From NCBI GenBank assembly GCA_976551045.1, contig CDPCPM010000353.1:4774001-4838000 (forward strand): 64,000 nt of DNA, given 5' to 3'. This document shows positions 1 to 13,585 of this stretch, piece by piece; within the stretch, counting starts at the first letter, position 1, and every line of letters begins with the position of its first letter. Made by a program: the position numbers and the translations under genes. The notes under the pieces are model-generated. The model was not told where the DNA came from. It saw only the letters and a list, made by a program, of their open reading frames with translations, and did no database searches. The DNA comes from Glaucostegus cemiculus. Taxonomy: Eukaryota.

Positions 1-2381
1 CATTTGAAATTACAGTTGTCAGTCAAATAGTAGTACAGCCAAATTAGAATTCAAAACCACAGCAATATTACAGCACGCAGGCATCCAATTTTCAAGATGT
101 CAATAGTGCTACAAGACCTTATTGCAAGAATTCTGTGCAAATTATCCATTAACTAAACATTGCACAAACATCCCTCCCTGTAAACTTCCCTGATGAATCT
201 GCAGTATAGATCTTTAAAATGACCAGATGTGATGATCACAATTTCATCAGCCAGGAACTGAACATAATCTACCTTATTAGAATTAGACTCCTCCAAGTTG
301 CTAGCTGAGGTTATTTTGGTGCACTTTTGCTGTGACGATAGCAGCACCTAGATTTGCACCATTAACCCACGGCCAACACAAGTACAGGAATGGTCACCAC
401 GTCTGCACCAATCAACTCTTTGGAGCTGTGAGGTGCATGAAGTTTATTCCTTAAGTACAAAAGTAGATATATTCCCAACTGCCATTATTAAGAAAAACCT
501 CCACCTCCTTCTGACAGTGATAGTATTCCTTCTGTTCAGGAGTCCCAAGAGCATCTATTACTGGGTTTGGAATACATCCCTGCATCCAAGGGATGATCCA
601 AAGGAGTCTGCAGGTAAAGCTGCACACATGCAAATTTACAGAAGAAAACATGGCAGTTCGCTAGTCTCTATTTAAGCACTAATCACTCATAGTTTTTGCA
701 TCAATGGAGAAGCATGAAGAATGTTTCTTCCATTCTTCTGTCTAAAAATAATTAAAATAAGTAACATGCTGAACGTTGCTCCTTATTTAGCAGGTATGGG
801 AAAAAATTGGCACTAATTGCATAAGTCACAAGACTAAAACATGACAAGTGCTTCTGACTTTGATAGGAACCAAATAGGGATACAAGTCCCATCCTCACTG
901 CAGCATCAGTTTCACACTCAACCAGCTCCAGGTGTTCAGGACTACTGTCTGGAACACAATAAGTTATACCAGGTATTTACACGAAATGGCATAGCAATGG
1001 TGAGTTCCCAGAATTCACTGATAATGAAACACTTGTTATCACTGACCCCATTACACAACAAGTACTGCAGAGGGCCTCAAACCCAAAACAAAGTAATTCC
1101 CATGTTTTTCCTTTAAGTAAGGAAAACCTAAGAGATATGAGCAGATGCAGGCCATATATTCTCGAGCATGATCATGGCTGACCTGACCCCCATTTTCCTT
1201 CCTCACTTGAGCCTGTGTCTTCAAGTAAAGGTCAAGGGATGAGGTGAAGTAGATGTGCACTTGTATACTGGGGTGGCATGGAAAGAAGCAGATTGAAGAT
1301 TGAAGCAAGGAGATTCAACCACTATTTAACAAATCTAAAGCCTGGCTAAAGTGAATTCTACTAGATCAGTGAGGCTATTACTTCAGTACATCTAAGTTTT
1401 TGAAACATAGTTTACTGCTAGTTGAGCACTTCTGACAACTTTAAAACAAGATCAGGTGGCAAATGTGTATTGCATACTGTAAGCAGTTTTGAAGTTGTAA
1501 AGGCTTTTTATAAACTGCTTTTACAATATCTCATCATTTTCAGTAATAAATGCACATCAGGATTGTTCTAAAAAAGATCCTCTTTAAACAGAAGTGGAAA
1601 ATAGGTTCCAAGATCACCAGACTTTTTATCAGTTTGTACATTAACTGCACAGGAATAACGGCTCCCTGTTAAAGGAGAATTCGGATAAATAGCTTGCACA
1701 GAGAATGGATCTAAGGAAAGTGCTTTCTAAATAATTCTACAACAGCTGTAATAAACAGTTGGAGTCCTAACTTTCACAGTATCACATCTTTAAGCTAGTG
1801 AGATTCAAATAAGAAAGAACAACTTAAGGATGACAAACTTCAAAAAATCACATGGACATCCTTCAGCTAAGATATTAAACTATAGTCCTTTACCTGTCAA
1901 GGATTCAGTTGGACATTGAAGATAGAAAGACTTGCATTCCCGGAGCAATATAAATGACCTCAGCATGTCACTGAGTACTACATGGTCAATTGAAGACTTT
2001 TTGTAGGCATTGCTGGAACAAATCCCACAAACACCAATGTGATAAGTGACATGAATCCATTTGTAACAGAGACTGGTTCAGGGAGAAATACTTACTACCT
2101 GTGAGTCTTTCTCCAAGTAGTGCCATAGGACCTGTTAAGCTCACCTGAACAATGCAGCACCGCTTCAGTACTTTTCTGAAAGATCAAGTTATGGGGTTAA
2201 ACCCCCAAATGCACAACTTCCTGACACAGATGAAGGCCAATATTGACATTTCAAAAATTCACAAGGAATGATTAAGTATTACCTATCTCCTAGGATCACC
2301 CCTACACACAAAGTTTCTGCATTTCTACTGCAAGGTAATTAATACTCAAGTACTTTTAGGATTTTCTGAGACATGATGTTA

Positions 2382-2695
2382 TGGTGTGTGGCACAGCTGG
2401 CAGACCCACCGCTGCACGGTGGCAGTGGCCTGGATTCAATCCTGATCTCGGGTGCCATCTGTGTGGAATTTGCGCTTTCTCCCTGTGACTACACGAGTTT
2501 CCTCTGAGCTTCTCCAGTTACCTCCCACATCTCAAAGGTGTGTGTGGGTCAGCAGGTTAAGTGACCACAAGTGTGTAGGTGAGTGGTATAATCTGGGGGA
2601 AGTTGATGAGAATAAAAATTGACTTAAGGATTAGTGTAACTGGGTGGTTGATGGTTGACAGAGTTGGACTGAAGGTAACTACAAGATATGACTCT
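2382..2695 (+). mobile_element. Older V-SINE
   Basis: GGATTCAATCC B box and decayed V-domain. Similar older copies at ~21245-21530, ~29608-29915, ~38525-39035, ~51020-51350 (+) and ~52215-52515, ~30330-30550 (-). Confidence 0.7.
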
Positions 2696-5600
2696 ATAAG
2701 TACAAGTACTTTCTTACAAGAGCAACTGTCAGGGTCCAGTGAAACCAATGAAATCCACAAACTGTAACTGTAGGACATAGAGAGAGCAAGAGAAAGTACA
2801 AGCTTTGCTGAACATTTAAAAATTACTGGTTAAGCCACAGGTTGGGCACCTCATTTTAGAGAAGATGTCAAGGCCTGAAAAATGGTACAGAGAAGACTCA
2901 GCATGATGGTAACAGGGCTTCAATTACAAAAGAGACTACAGAAATGGGGGGCCATTGTTAAGAGCTGCAGTGGTTAAGGATGATGGCCTCCAGTGGGAAG
3001 GAGAGTTGCTAACCAGAGATTAGAGATCTGGCAGAAGGACCAAAAGTCAAAGGAGGGTTTGCACAGAAAGGCTATGTTGATCTAGAATGGATGACCCGAG
3101 GTGATGGTAGGGACAGATTTGTTTGAAAACTTCCAAAGGGAACTGCCCAAATTACGTACTGTGTGTCTGGGCGGGAAGAGCAGGGGAGGGTGATGAACTG
3201 AACAGGTCAAAAGAACAGCCACAGACACGACAGGTAGAATGGCCGCCTCCTCTGCTCTCTCATTCTGTGATGATTCTTCAGTCCAGAAATGAAGAAAGAA
3301 TATTTTGCTGGGAAGATTTCCTTTAATAAACAGCATCCAGGCAGTGATTATTTATAAGAAATTGCAGCTAATTACATTACGAATATGTAAAGCCACATGA
3401 ATTGAAGAGGTCATGTGTATATCTGCAAAATATTTTCAGCCACAATTTTTCTTCCCTCACAGGCTCTGCTTGAAAAGGTAATGAGGTCAGTGATTTATGA
3501 AGAAACGAAGTTGTGTAAACAACTGGGTTTTTTAATAAACTAAAAATAAAATGTTACACTATATGCTAAGGAAAGAACACAACAACTGCGCACAAATGAG
3601 CTCAGCAACGTGAAGACAAGAATGACAGTCAATCATAAACAAATCAAAAGACACTTTGTTCATTAGCACAGGATTACACAACCTGATTCTTGATAGAACC
3701 AAGATAGGTCCACAGAATAAAATGAACACTTGGTTTCAGGGTAAAAACTGGGAAGCAGAGAACAGCATCAGGAAATTAAGCCCTTTATTGCGAACTGAAA
3801 AAAAAATCGTGACATACTTGTTACACAATTAGTCAGATGAGAAATAAGCTGGTAAACATTCTGACAAGGCCAGGATTTACTGCCCATCCTCGACTTCGCC
3901 AGAGGTGATGGTGATGTTACTGAGTTTCTTGCTTGGTCATCCCAGACGTTAGTTAAGAACGAACTACACTGGTGTTGGATTCACAAGTGTCAGACTGAGT
4001 AAAGATATAGATTTCCTTCTCAAAATAGACATTAATGAACCAATTGGGTTTTTATTACATTCCAACATCACCATCATCATTTTTACTGGCATCAGCTTTT
4101 GATTTCTGAAACTGCAATGGTAAATATTGATTTGTGTTTGTCAGATTATTAGCCCAGGCCCCTAGATAAACAATAGCTAGATTTAGAGATGTCCATGCCT
4201 CTCTCCAAACCACCTCAAGCCCCTCTCACACAAAAAAGTTATACAACGAAGGATATCCCAGCACTGGTTCATTTTCTTCCATGCTGACAAAAAAAAAATG
4301 GTTGTGGGCAGTTCCAAATGCTCCTCTACGTTGTCCAGAGAAATATAACTCAAATTAACTTCACTCTTTCTCAACTCAAAGATATTCATTTGATTTTCTT
4401 TTTGGTTGCTTTTCCTGAGTGTAATCCAATAAAGACACTTCCACTGGCTGTGAACTGATGAGTGAATGCAACTCAATTACCACCAGAACAATGAACAGGA
4501 AGTTTCCTCTGCCTACAGAAATATTGGAATATGAAACTCTTTGCCATAGGTGACTGTTGACATTGTGCGTGGCATCAGGTTGACTTCTTAAAGCAAGAAT
4601 AAAAACAAAACAAAAAACGTGATAAAGAATAGACCTTATAATTCGCTGAAGCTTGAGATTATCAGGAACCCCAGTTTAACTCTTACCCTGAAGCCAAATG
4701 ACATGCAGTAACTCTGCATGGATGAGATCAAAAACTGTGACATGCCAATCAACACAAGTCTGTGCGTTTCAAATGGGTACTTGTATGACTCATTCTAGGT
4801 CAGTGCAAGGAACACCTTGACTGCTTTAAGCTGCAGATCACAGTACGCACCCATTAGCCATATGAGAATTCTCATGAACACTTTTAACATTGCACAATAT
4901 TTTTATATTGCTTTCATATCAGAGACAGTATCATTGGGAGTGGTTCTTGGTACATAATCTGAATTCTTTGTGTTGATTCACTCCCAACCCTTTCAGATCC
5001 AGGATGCATTCAAAAGCATGATTGTTTCGGGTTTGAACACTAATTGCTGCACATTCCACGTCAGTGTGATAGCTGAATCAGCAAATACAACAGAGCAGAT
5101 CATTTAGCCCACCCAGTGCTATGTTCCACATGAGGATTCGACTAATTCCTTCATCTTTACCAGCATATCCTGATATGCTTTCTGCATGCGTTTTCTCAAT
5201 TTCCCCCTAAATACATCTACACTAATCATCTCAAACACTCCTTGCTCCATAATCCTAACCAACCTTTGAACCAAGAGGTTTTTTTCAGAATTTTCTGCTG
5301 GACCCGTCAGTGATCATGTTATATTTGTTGCCCCCATCTTTGGACTCCCTAAAGTCGAAGCATTACTTCCTCTCCCGCTGACAGCCCTCAACTGCTCTTT
5401 CACAAGAAAAGATACAATTCCTGACAAGCCAAACCGAAAAACTAAAATGCCCTCTGTGACATAGAGCATCATATCTGCTGCTCTACCATCTGTTGACCGG
5501 AAATCCAACAAGATCCTCTGGTAGTTTCAAGGCCAAACCTGTAAAGTAAATTAGGGTGTTGTTCCATTACTTCAAATAACTCATTGACGGAATGATCACA

Positions 5601-6310
5601 TGCACAGGTGAACTTTATCCTGGAACGATACAGCTCTGATTTTTTTTCAAATGTTATTTTGTACATGGAGAACAGTCTTTTGTTACTGATAGTTTTCCAC
5701 ATCATTAAACTAGTAGCAAAATTTAACCACACACTGTTAATTTCTTCAGCAGCACCATTCAGTATAGAAGAGATTGAACTCACGTTAATACACTTCTATG
5801 AAACCTTTCCTACTCTGCAAGTTAAGGATTTGCACCATGTACAACAGTTAAAACTATTAGTAAGCTCATTAAAACAAAGCCTGCTTATAATATTAATGAA
5901 AATATCAATAGCCAATGCACATCTCAAGATAAAAATACAATCCATATACTAACAAATATCTCGGCCAATCCGTCTGCAGTTACTTATGCAATCTATTCCA
6001 ATCAATCCAGTGCATCTTACTCAAAAAGCAGAATGCCCAGCAAGTTTTGAACTTCAATAAAACTGCAAAAGAATCCTCTTATTTTGTGAAACTATTTCCA
6101 ACTTAAATAAGAATCAAAATAATAAGCTGAATGGTATTAATGGCACCCAGCCTCGACAAAGAGACACATGCAGAGGTTCTCATGACCTTTAACAGGAAAT
6201 ATCCAGTATAAACTTGCAACTATCTCAGCACCAGTTATTCTTGCATGCCTGTCAAGGATACATCATGATCTTGACAACACTTCACACAGAACAAAACAAC
6301 TGCATTTTAC

Positions 6311-6371
6311 CTGCTGCAGACCCTAGGTACAGGTGCCAATCCTCAAGAATGAAAGTGTAATCTCCAGGACA
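6311..6371 (-). other. Candidate internal exon (61 nt)
   Basis: Acceptor TTTTCCTGGATGTTTCTTGCAG, donor CAG|GTAAAA; one open frame CPGDYTFILEDWHLYLGSAA that I do not recognise. Confidence 0.3.
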
Positions 6372-6689
6372 CTGCAAGAAACATCCAGGAAAAAAAAATT
6401 GATTTAATTTTCTTTGAATACTTGTTGATTGGGCACATAAAAGTGCAAACATAGCAGGCTAACTACTCTGCTTAGTTGTGGGAAATTGGTGCGTTGTCAG
6501 GATGAACAAGAGATCAATGATAGAAATCTGAGGCAAAAGACTGGATAATGAAACATCCTGGAATGTATCTGCAGTTGGCAGCCTGAAAATCATATTTTAA
6601 GTAAGCTAACAAAAGTTGCTGTTATTGGTTGCTTGACTGTGAAGCAATGGATACACTAATCATATATATTTTTTTAATTCATTCATTTT

Positions 6690-8650
6690 TGGGGAGCTAG
6701 ATACTGCTATCAAGGCCAGCATTTAAAGCTCCATTCCTAATTGTCTTAAGGAGGTAGCGTGAGCTGCCTTTTTGAAACATTCCAGAGCTTCTGGTGACTG
6801 TATTCCTAGGTAGAGAGTTCCATGATTTAAACAGACAATGAAGGAGGACCCACCCTATATTTCCAAATTAACTTGGTGGGGAACCTGCAGGTGGTGATGT
6901 TTCCATGTGCCTGGTGTCCTGGTCCTTCTTGGTGGTATAAGACCTGGGTTTGGAAGATGTTGTCAAGAGTAGTCTAGGCAAGTAACTACAGTACATTTTG
7001 TAGAAACCACACAATGCAGCTACTGAACACTGGTGGTAGAGCGATCGAATATTTAAGGTGACTGGTGTACCAATTGAGCCGGCTGTTTTGAGTATTGTTG
7101 AAGGACCAATCATGCATGCAATTGAAGAGTATTTCATCACACTGCCAATGTATCCTGTAGATAGGGCTCAGGCTTTTGAACTGCAGATATTGAGTCACTC
7201 ACCACATGATATCCAGCCTGACCTGCTCTTTCAGAGGTTGATCCAGTTCAATAATGATGCCCCCAGGATGTTAATAGTAGGGAAGTTGGCAATGGTCATG
7301 CTACTAAACATCACAGGTAGATGGTTAGGCTCTCTATAGTTGGAGATTGTAATTGCCTGGCACTTGTGACTTGAATGTTACTTGCCACTACCAGTATGTG
7401 GCTGACTGTTATCTGAGTCTTCAGCCCACATCTGTGTGCTGCTTTCATTTACTAAGGAGTTGCAAAATGGAATTGAAGAATCAGGAATCGTTTCCACTTC
7501 TGACCTTATGATGGAAAAAAGGTCATTCATAGAGAAAGACATTTGGGCCAAGGACACTATCCTGAGGAATGACTCCAATGCTGTTGTAATCCTGAGACAA
7601 TTGACCTCTAAGAACCACAACCATCTTTGTGCTGGTTACAACACCCACTAATAAGTATTTTCTCTTGGATGTTCATCGACTTCAATTATACCAGAGCTTC
7701 TTAATAACACAGTTGTTCAAATTCTGCCTTGATATCAAGGGTAGTCACTCTCAACTCACCACTGAACTTAGCTCATGTTTGGACTAAAACTGTGATGAGG
7801 TATGCAACTGCTCCAAGCAAAACCCAAACTGGACATTGGTGAACAAGTGCCAATTGACAGAACTTTTACCAATACCTTTGGTCACTTTGATAGTTCAGTG
7901 GTAATTAACTGGATTGAATTTGTCCTACCTTTTGTGAGCAGGACACAACTGGGCAATTTTCCACATTGTTGAGAAGATGCCAGTGTTGAAATTGCACTGG
8001 AACAGCTTGGCTAGATGCGCAACTAGAACTGACGTACAAGTCTTCAGTACTACACCAGGGTTGTTGTTCATCCCTATTGTCTTTGCTGTATCCAGCATTC
8101 TCAACCCATGCTGTGGATCAAATTGGCTGAATACTGGCTTCTGTGATGGGGACCTCAGGAGGGACCCATAATGGATCATGTACACAGCACTTCTGGCTGA
8201 AGATGATCACAAACACTTCAGCCTTGTTTCTAGCCATCTACTTAAGTGATCAGAGTGAAGTTCAGCAGTCCTACCACTATCATTCACTACAAGATGTAGT
8301 AGGACTACAGATCTTCAAGCTGATCCACTGGATATAAGAAGGGAGTGTTAACTGTGATTTTGCTGTTTAGCACATATAGCCCTGTGACAGTTAACAAGGC
8401 TCACAGCTTATTATTAAGCAAGTCTAGTGTTGCATGTGGTATGTCCTTCTGCACTCTTCATTGACCTAGGATTGATCTCCCGGCTTGACGGCAGTGGTAG
8501 AATAAGGGATATGCCAGCCCATGAGGTTAGATTATAGTGTTGTACAGTTCTGCTACTTATGATGGGCTACCATAGCATCTCATGGATGCCCAATTTGGAG
8601 CCTAACCCATTTAGCACAATTGCAATGCCACACAACACAGCGTCCTCAGT
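6690..8650 (-). mobile_element. Ancient non-LTR retrotransposon (CR1/L2 group) RT remnant
   Basis: ORF 7925-8185 LDTAKTIGMNNNPGVVLKTC...LAKLFQ...MWKIAQLCPAHK (RT N-terminus); ORF 6868-7140 SLYHQCSVAALCGFYKMYCSYLPRLL (C-terminus). Confidence 0.8.
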
Positions 8651-11600
8651 GAATTTTGCATTGACAGACACCAACAAATTAATCCAAGAGTGAAAAAAAC
8701 TACCAATTAGAATCTGATCATCATTTGCAACAGATCAACACTTCAGTTAGTAATTGGGGTGACCTCTCCTCAAGACTCACACAAAAGAAAACACAAATTA
8801 TTAAACCAACAGAAGCACCTGGTTTGAATGGTCAACATTCAATCCTTGGCTCAAATGACAACATCTTGTACTGCAAATCAAGCTGTACACTAGCCACTTG
8901 ACCAATAGCAGGAATGCAAGTGCGGGTATGGAATTGTGAGGCACGAAGTCATGGAATTGCCACCAACCAAGATTTGCTATCTGAACTGATATCCATGATT
9001 GAAGAGAATCAATTTCCTCTTCCTAACTCTGATTTATCAACCAATACCGCTAACTCTCAGTGCCCTCTTCAACAGATGGTGATCCAGTTATCTTTCAAGT
9101 GCCAGCTGAACACTGAATGGAAGTCTCTTCCACTATCCACTGATGAGGAGGAGAGGCATTTTCCTTCTTTTCTTGCAAGTAATAAATCAGGATCATAAAC
9201 TTTGATTTCTCTTTAGCAATGGGAGCAAAATTATTTGATTATCAAAATAACATTTAAAGAATAAATTGCAGCAGTAATGGGAAAATGCTTGAGTGTATCA
9301 ACTATATTTCCCTTAAAGCAGTAGTACAGGCTTGAAATGCTGCATTATTTTAACCCATATGTTTACACACAACCATAGAAATACATGAATCTCAATACCA
9401 AGGGAACAACAGAAGGCTCTTTCAAGTACTATAGCAGTCACTAGTGCATTAGGCAACTTTCAACATAATTTGAAGACCCCATCATGCACCACACAATTTA
9501 AAATTAGCAAATTATGTTTGGCATTCTGCTGTATCTATTAATAAGAAAGGATTGTTTTTATTGGACAATTTAGGATGTAAAGATCAGAACAGATAGGGAA
9601 AACCACCCTTACCAAAGTTTGTTATCTGCAAATCAGTAAGCCTTATAGACTTGGCCATAGGAGTGTTACAAAGGCTGCCATTGCAAAAAAAATGGAAGAT
9701 TTGCATTTCTATTGCACCTGTTCATAAGCTCAGGATGTTTAAGTGAGCTCTGCTGCCAATGGACGACTTTTTCATGGCATGCAGTGCATTGCAGTTGCTT
9801 TAGAATTTCAGAAGTGGGCAAATAACCTTAATCCTGGTTATTGATCCCACCTGGTTGTGCCCTTTTCTAGGGTAAAAGATGTTTTGTGAATTAGAAAATG
9901 CTTAGAGGGAGGCAAAGGAAAAATTGGCAAATAAAAGGGGGGAAAAGACATAATTAATTCAAAACTAGGCCATTGCTTCAAAGAGCTTTTATTTATGTCT
10001 CAAAAGGGAGGGTCATTACCTGGTGTATTAATCAAGAGCATCTTTACTGAACAGTGCCAGAGTACAAATATAGAAGCACTCTTTGATCCTGTCTCTTCAC
10101 AGCCACCTACTAATTCACACTTAGAAATAATACTAGGAATCTGTTCATTTTTCAAGCATTACAGACAAGCTCATCCATGCAGTGCTTTGCCTTCCCACAG
10201 CCACCTAGAAACAAATTAACCAAAAGCAAAATACAGTAGACACTGTTACACAACTAATCAAACAGCATCAGCAAAATGACAAACAAAAGCTACTTGTCCT
10301 GCTAATGATTTACAACATTTTTTTTGTTTTTATTTTAGATAACAATCTTCCACTCTAAATTGAATGATTCTTCAAACAGCCAGCATAGTTGAAAGTATTC
10401 ATCTGGGATTTTCTCTCAGGTGTCACTTGCAGCACTGTCTAAGAAATTATCTAATTAATGACTTCAGAGCAACCCTGGATGGCTGGCAATAGGTGTTGAT
10501 GGTGTTAGGCAGTGTAAAATAGAACAGCCGATGCACAGTGCACATGAAATCAAATGGAATCAGACACAAATAGCGGCCTCGTCTTGCTGCACCTGTAATT
10601 TTTGGTGTATGACTGTCAGCTCACATGTCTATGGGCTCCATCATTTTAGATGACTCTGTACCAGAAGAAGGAACTCCTGACAAAGACCTCACAATCTACC
10701 TTGTTATGGCCTTCCACCTTATTGTCTGGCTGCACTGCACTTTCTCTGTCACCATAATACTTTGTTTTGCATGCCATCCATATAAATCGTTTCATCACCT
10801 CAGTGCATTGAGGTAGTACAAGGGAAATCGGAAACAGAATGAAGAATAAGGTATTACAGTTAAGGTATTACAATAAAAGAAGAGACAAAGTTTAAAATAG
10901 ACTGCCCAGGCCAAACAATTAACACAATGGGAAGCACAGCCTCCCGGGTTGTGAATTCTTTAGAATTTGAACCTCAGAAGACTAGATGCTCCAATATTCA
11001 GTATGGTCAATAACAAAATAAGCCTTTAATGGACCAGAGAATCAAGAAATATAGAGACTGGTTGGAAAACGCAGTCCAAAAAGATTAGCCAAGATCTTGT
11101 TTGTTGACATAACAGGCTCAAAGAGCCTAATGATGCATTCCTAATTCTTTCATTCTACTCTGAAGAGATTATTGGTTCCAAATGTCTGTGGTTTCTTTCC
11201 CCAGTTCTTCTGAACCTGTCTGGAAGTTGCCAGAGATCCTACTAACCCTGAGCAAAATCTTACTGAAGTGTACTAAGTGATTTTAATTTTGTTTAGGGAC
11301 CTTCTTGGATCCAACTGACCACAAAGGTCACATCAACAATGCAACAATTGCAGCTGTTTTCTAAGATCAATTTATTGTAAAGAACTTCAAGATTCTTTGT
11401 GTAGAGCAAAAGCACTTGCTGCTATCAAATTTTCCAGTGTTACAATGGTATCAACGTCTTCCCAAATTAGTCAGAGAATCCATACCAGGCAATCAACTGG
11501 AGACTTCAGCAAAGTGCCAATGGAGAACTGTTTGCCTTCCCATTCTTGATTTCACTGATCCGCAGCATCTGGGAGAAAATGAGAAGTTGGCTTGTGAGTG

Positions 11601-13199
11601 CTGTTGAATCCATGGCTTCTGTAATGGAGTAGTCAGTTAAGATAGCATAGGATAGAACCCCACAATCTATGCTTAAAAAAAAAGAACATGCACATTTTGC
11701 TCAAAGTAACAATGTAAATACCATGTCCTTTATGTTGCTAGTTGCATTAATAAAAGACATGTATAAAAATCATAGTTTTTTTTCATATGGGTGCTTTTGA
11801 ACATTGATACTGCACTTGTGAACATCAACAACATTGCATGCCAGCAATCACTGGTAAAACCCAAAATTTTACCTGTGGTTGCAATTATGATTTTAAAATT
11901 ATTTTAGAGATTGGGGATAAGAAATTATATTCTATTTTCCGCTCTTTCCCTTGGAACCTGAGGGACACAGGAAAAGCAGTGCCATCTTTGCCAATATGGC
12001 CACGTGTGAACCTAATCACCAGGTACGGCCACCACATTTAAGCACAGGGACCATCAATTCTAAACTTCAGCCTAAGCTTTCCTGCTCGCCTTACTCCTAA
12101 CAGATAAGACCACAAATGAACATGGCACAGACAAAATGTAGCTGCCCTCGTCTTAGAACCAAAGGTCAATCAGTATTGTCAAACTAAGACAACCAACCAA
12201 AATTTTAAAAAATTGACACAGTATAGGATGATTCCACTCCAGACCCTTGGAAACACCCAGAGATACATGCATTCCTTCCATTCAAAAGCAATTTCACAAG
12301 ACTTCATATGTTTACTACTCCCCCACTTGAATCCAATCTCAATTTCTATGATTAAAATCACATTCCATTTAAGAACCTGATTGCAACATACATTCTTTCA
12401 CCACTGGGGCTCACAAATGAATTCCCTCTGAACTTGCAAGACAATTGCCTCTCTTGCCTTTGGCCTTCGAGAGTCAGGAAACTTTAGCTTTTCGACGCAT
12501 CAGAAAGTTCACCCACAATGATCTACTCTCTAACGCTGCATATTCCTACAGGAAGGAGAACAGCTGAATCAAAGCTTCATTCCACATTTGATCACGCTGG
12601 ATGCAACCAAATTCCTTTACGTGCAACATCTGGACAGTCATGAAAATGAATGAAGTCATCCTTCTGATCATTTTGGTTCTTCCAAACCACATGCGACCAG
12701 ACTTCTACTCCACTTGAATTTTGACATTACTGGTCCCATTTGGTTTTCCATGTCTCTGCAAAGATTTTAACTTTCCCACAAGTAAGACTGACCTCTTGTA
12801 CACTGTTGGCATAGAACAAACTATTTTCTTTAAATACCAGAGGGCAGAGTTAAGGACACTTCCTGTTTTGACAAGAGACTGTCACAGAACTAAAAGACGT
12901 ACGGGTAGGTTAATTTGGGGATTTAAGATGGACGGCGCGGACTCGTTGGGCCGAAAGGGCCTGTTACCACGCTGTAAATAAAATTAAAATTAAAATAAAC
13001 TCTCAGCATCAATTCAAAGTTGCACACTTTGGTTACAGGCCTTAAACTCATTCCCAGCCTTAAGTAAATTGCACAAAATCATGCTGACCACTTAAGAAAC
13101 CTTTAAGTTTCCAGAGCAGCAAACACTTCTGTCCACGAATTCCAACACCTATTAAATCCCAGCACTTTCAAACAATAGATTTGCTAAATCACAGGCAAA

Positions 13200-13585
13200 T
13201 GATGCTGATCACCATTTGTGGAAGCAGCCAAGTAAAAAACAGGTTTGGCAAGAAAGATCATCAATCAGTCTTAGAAGGTTTCATAAAGACAAACAGAGGG
13301 GAAAGATTTAAAGAAGGACCCGAGAGGCAAATTTTTCAGAGGGTGGTACATATACCTGTACCACATATAGGTGGTACACATACCTGTACCGCATATAGGT
13401 GGTACATATACCTGCCAAAGCAAGTGGTAGAGGTAGGTACAATAGCAACATTTAAAAGACATTTGAACAGGTATGTGGATAGGAAAGGGATATGGGCCAA
13501 ACACAGGCAAATGGGACTAGCTCAGTTCAGCAACTTGGTCGACATGGACTTGTTGGGTCAAAAGGTCTGTTTCCGTGCTCTATAA
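13200..13585 (+). mobile_element. Degraded CR1 3' fragment with internal tandem duplication
   Basis: ORF 13181-13585 contains RGERFK..FQRVV..LPKQVVEVGTIATFKRHLNRYVDRKGI. Confidence 0.8.

Noticed and set aside
451-651. ORF with LGTPEQKEYY, reminiscent of acyl-CoA dehydrogenase GTxEQKxxY
   Set aside because: Only a short match; flanking residues do not fit and stops follow.
5469-5952. Overlapping 104 and 114 aa ORFs on opposite strands
   Set aside because: AT-rich, no recognisable domain, no coherent splice context.
13342-13414. Palindromic ~28-bp direct repeats, superficially CRISPR-like
   Set aside because: No spacers, no cas genes, eukaryotic context inside a CR1.
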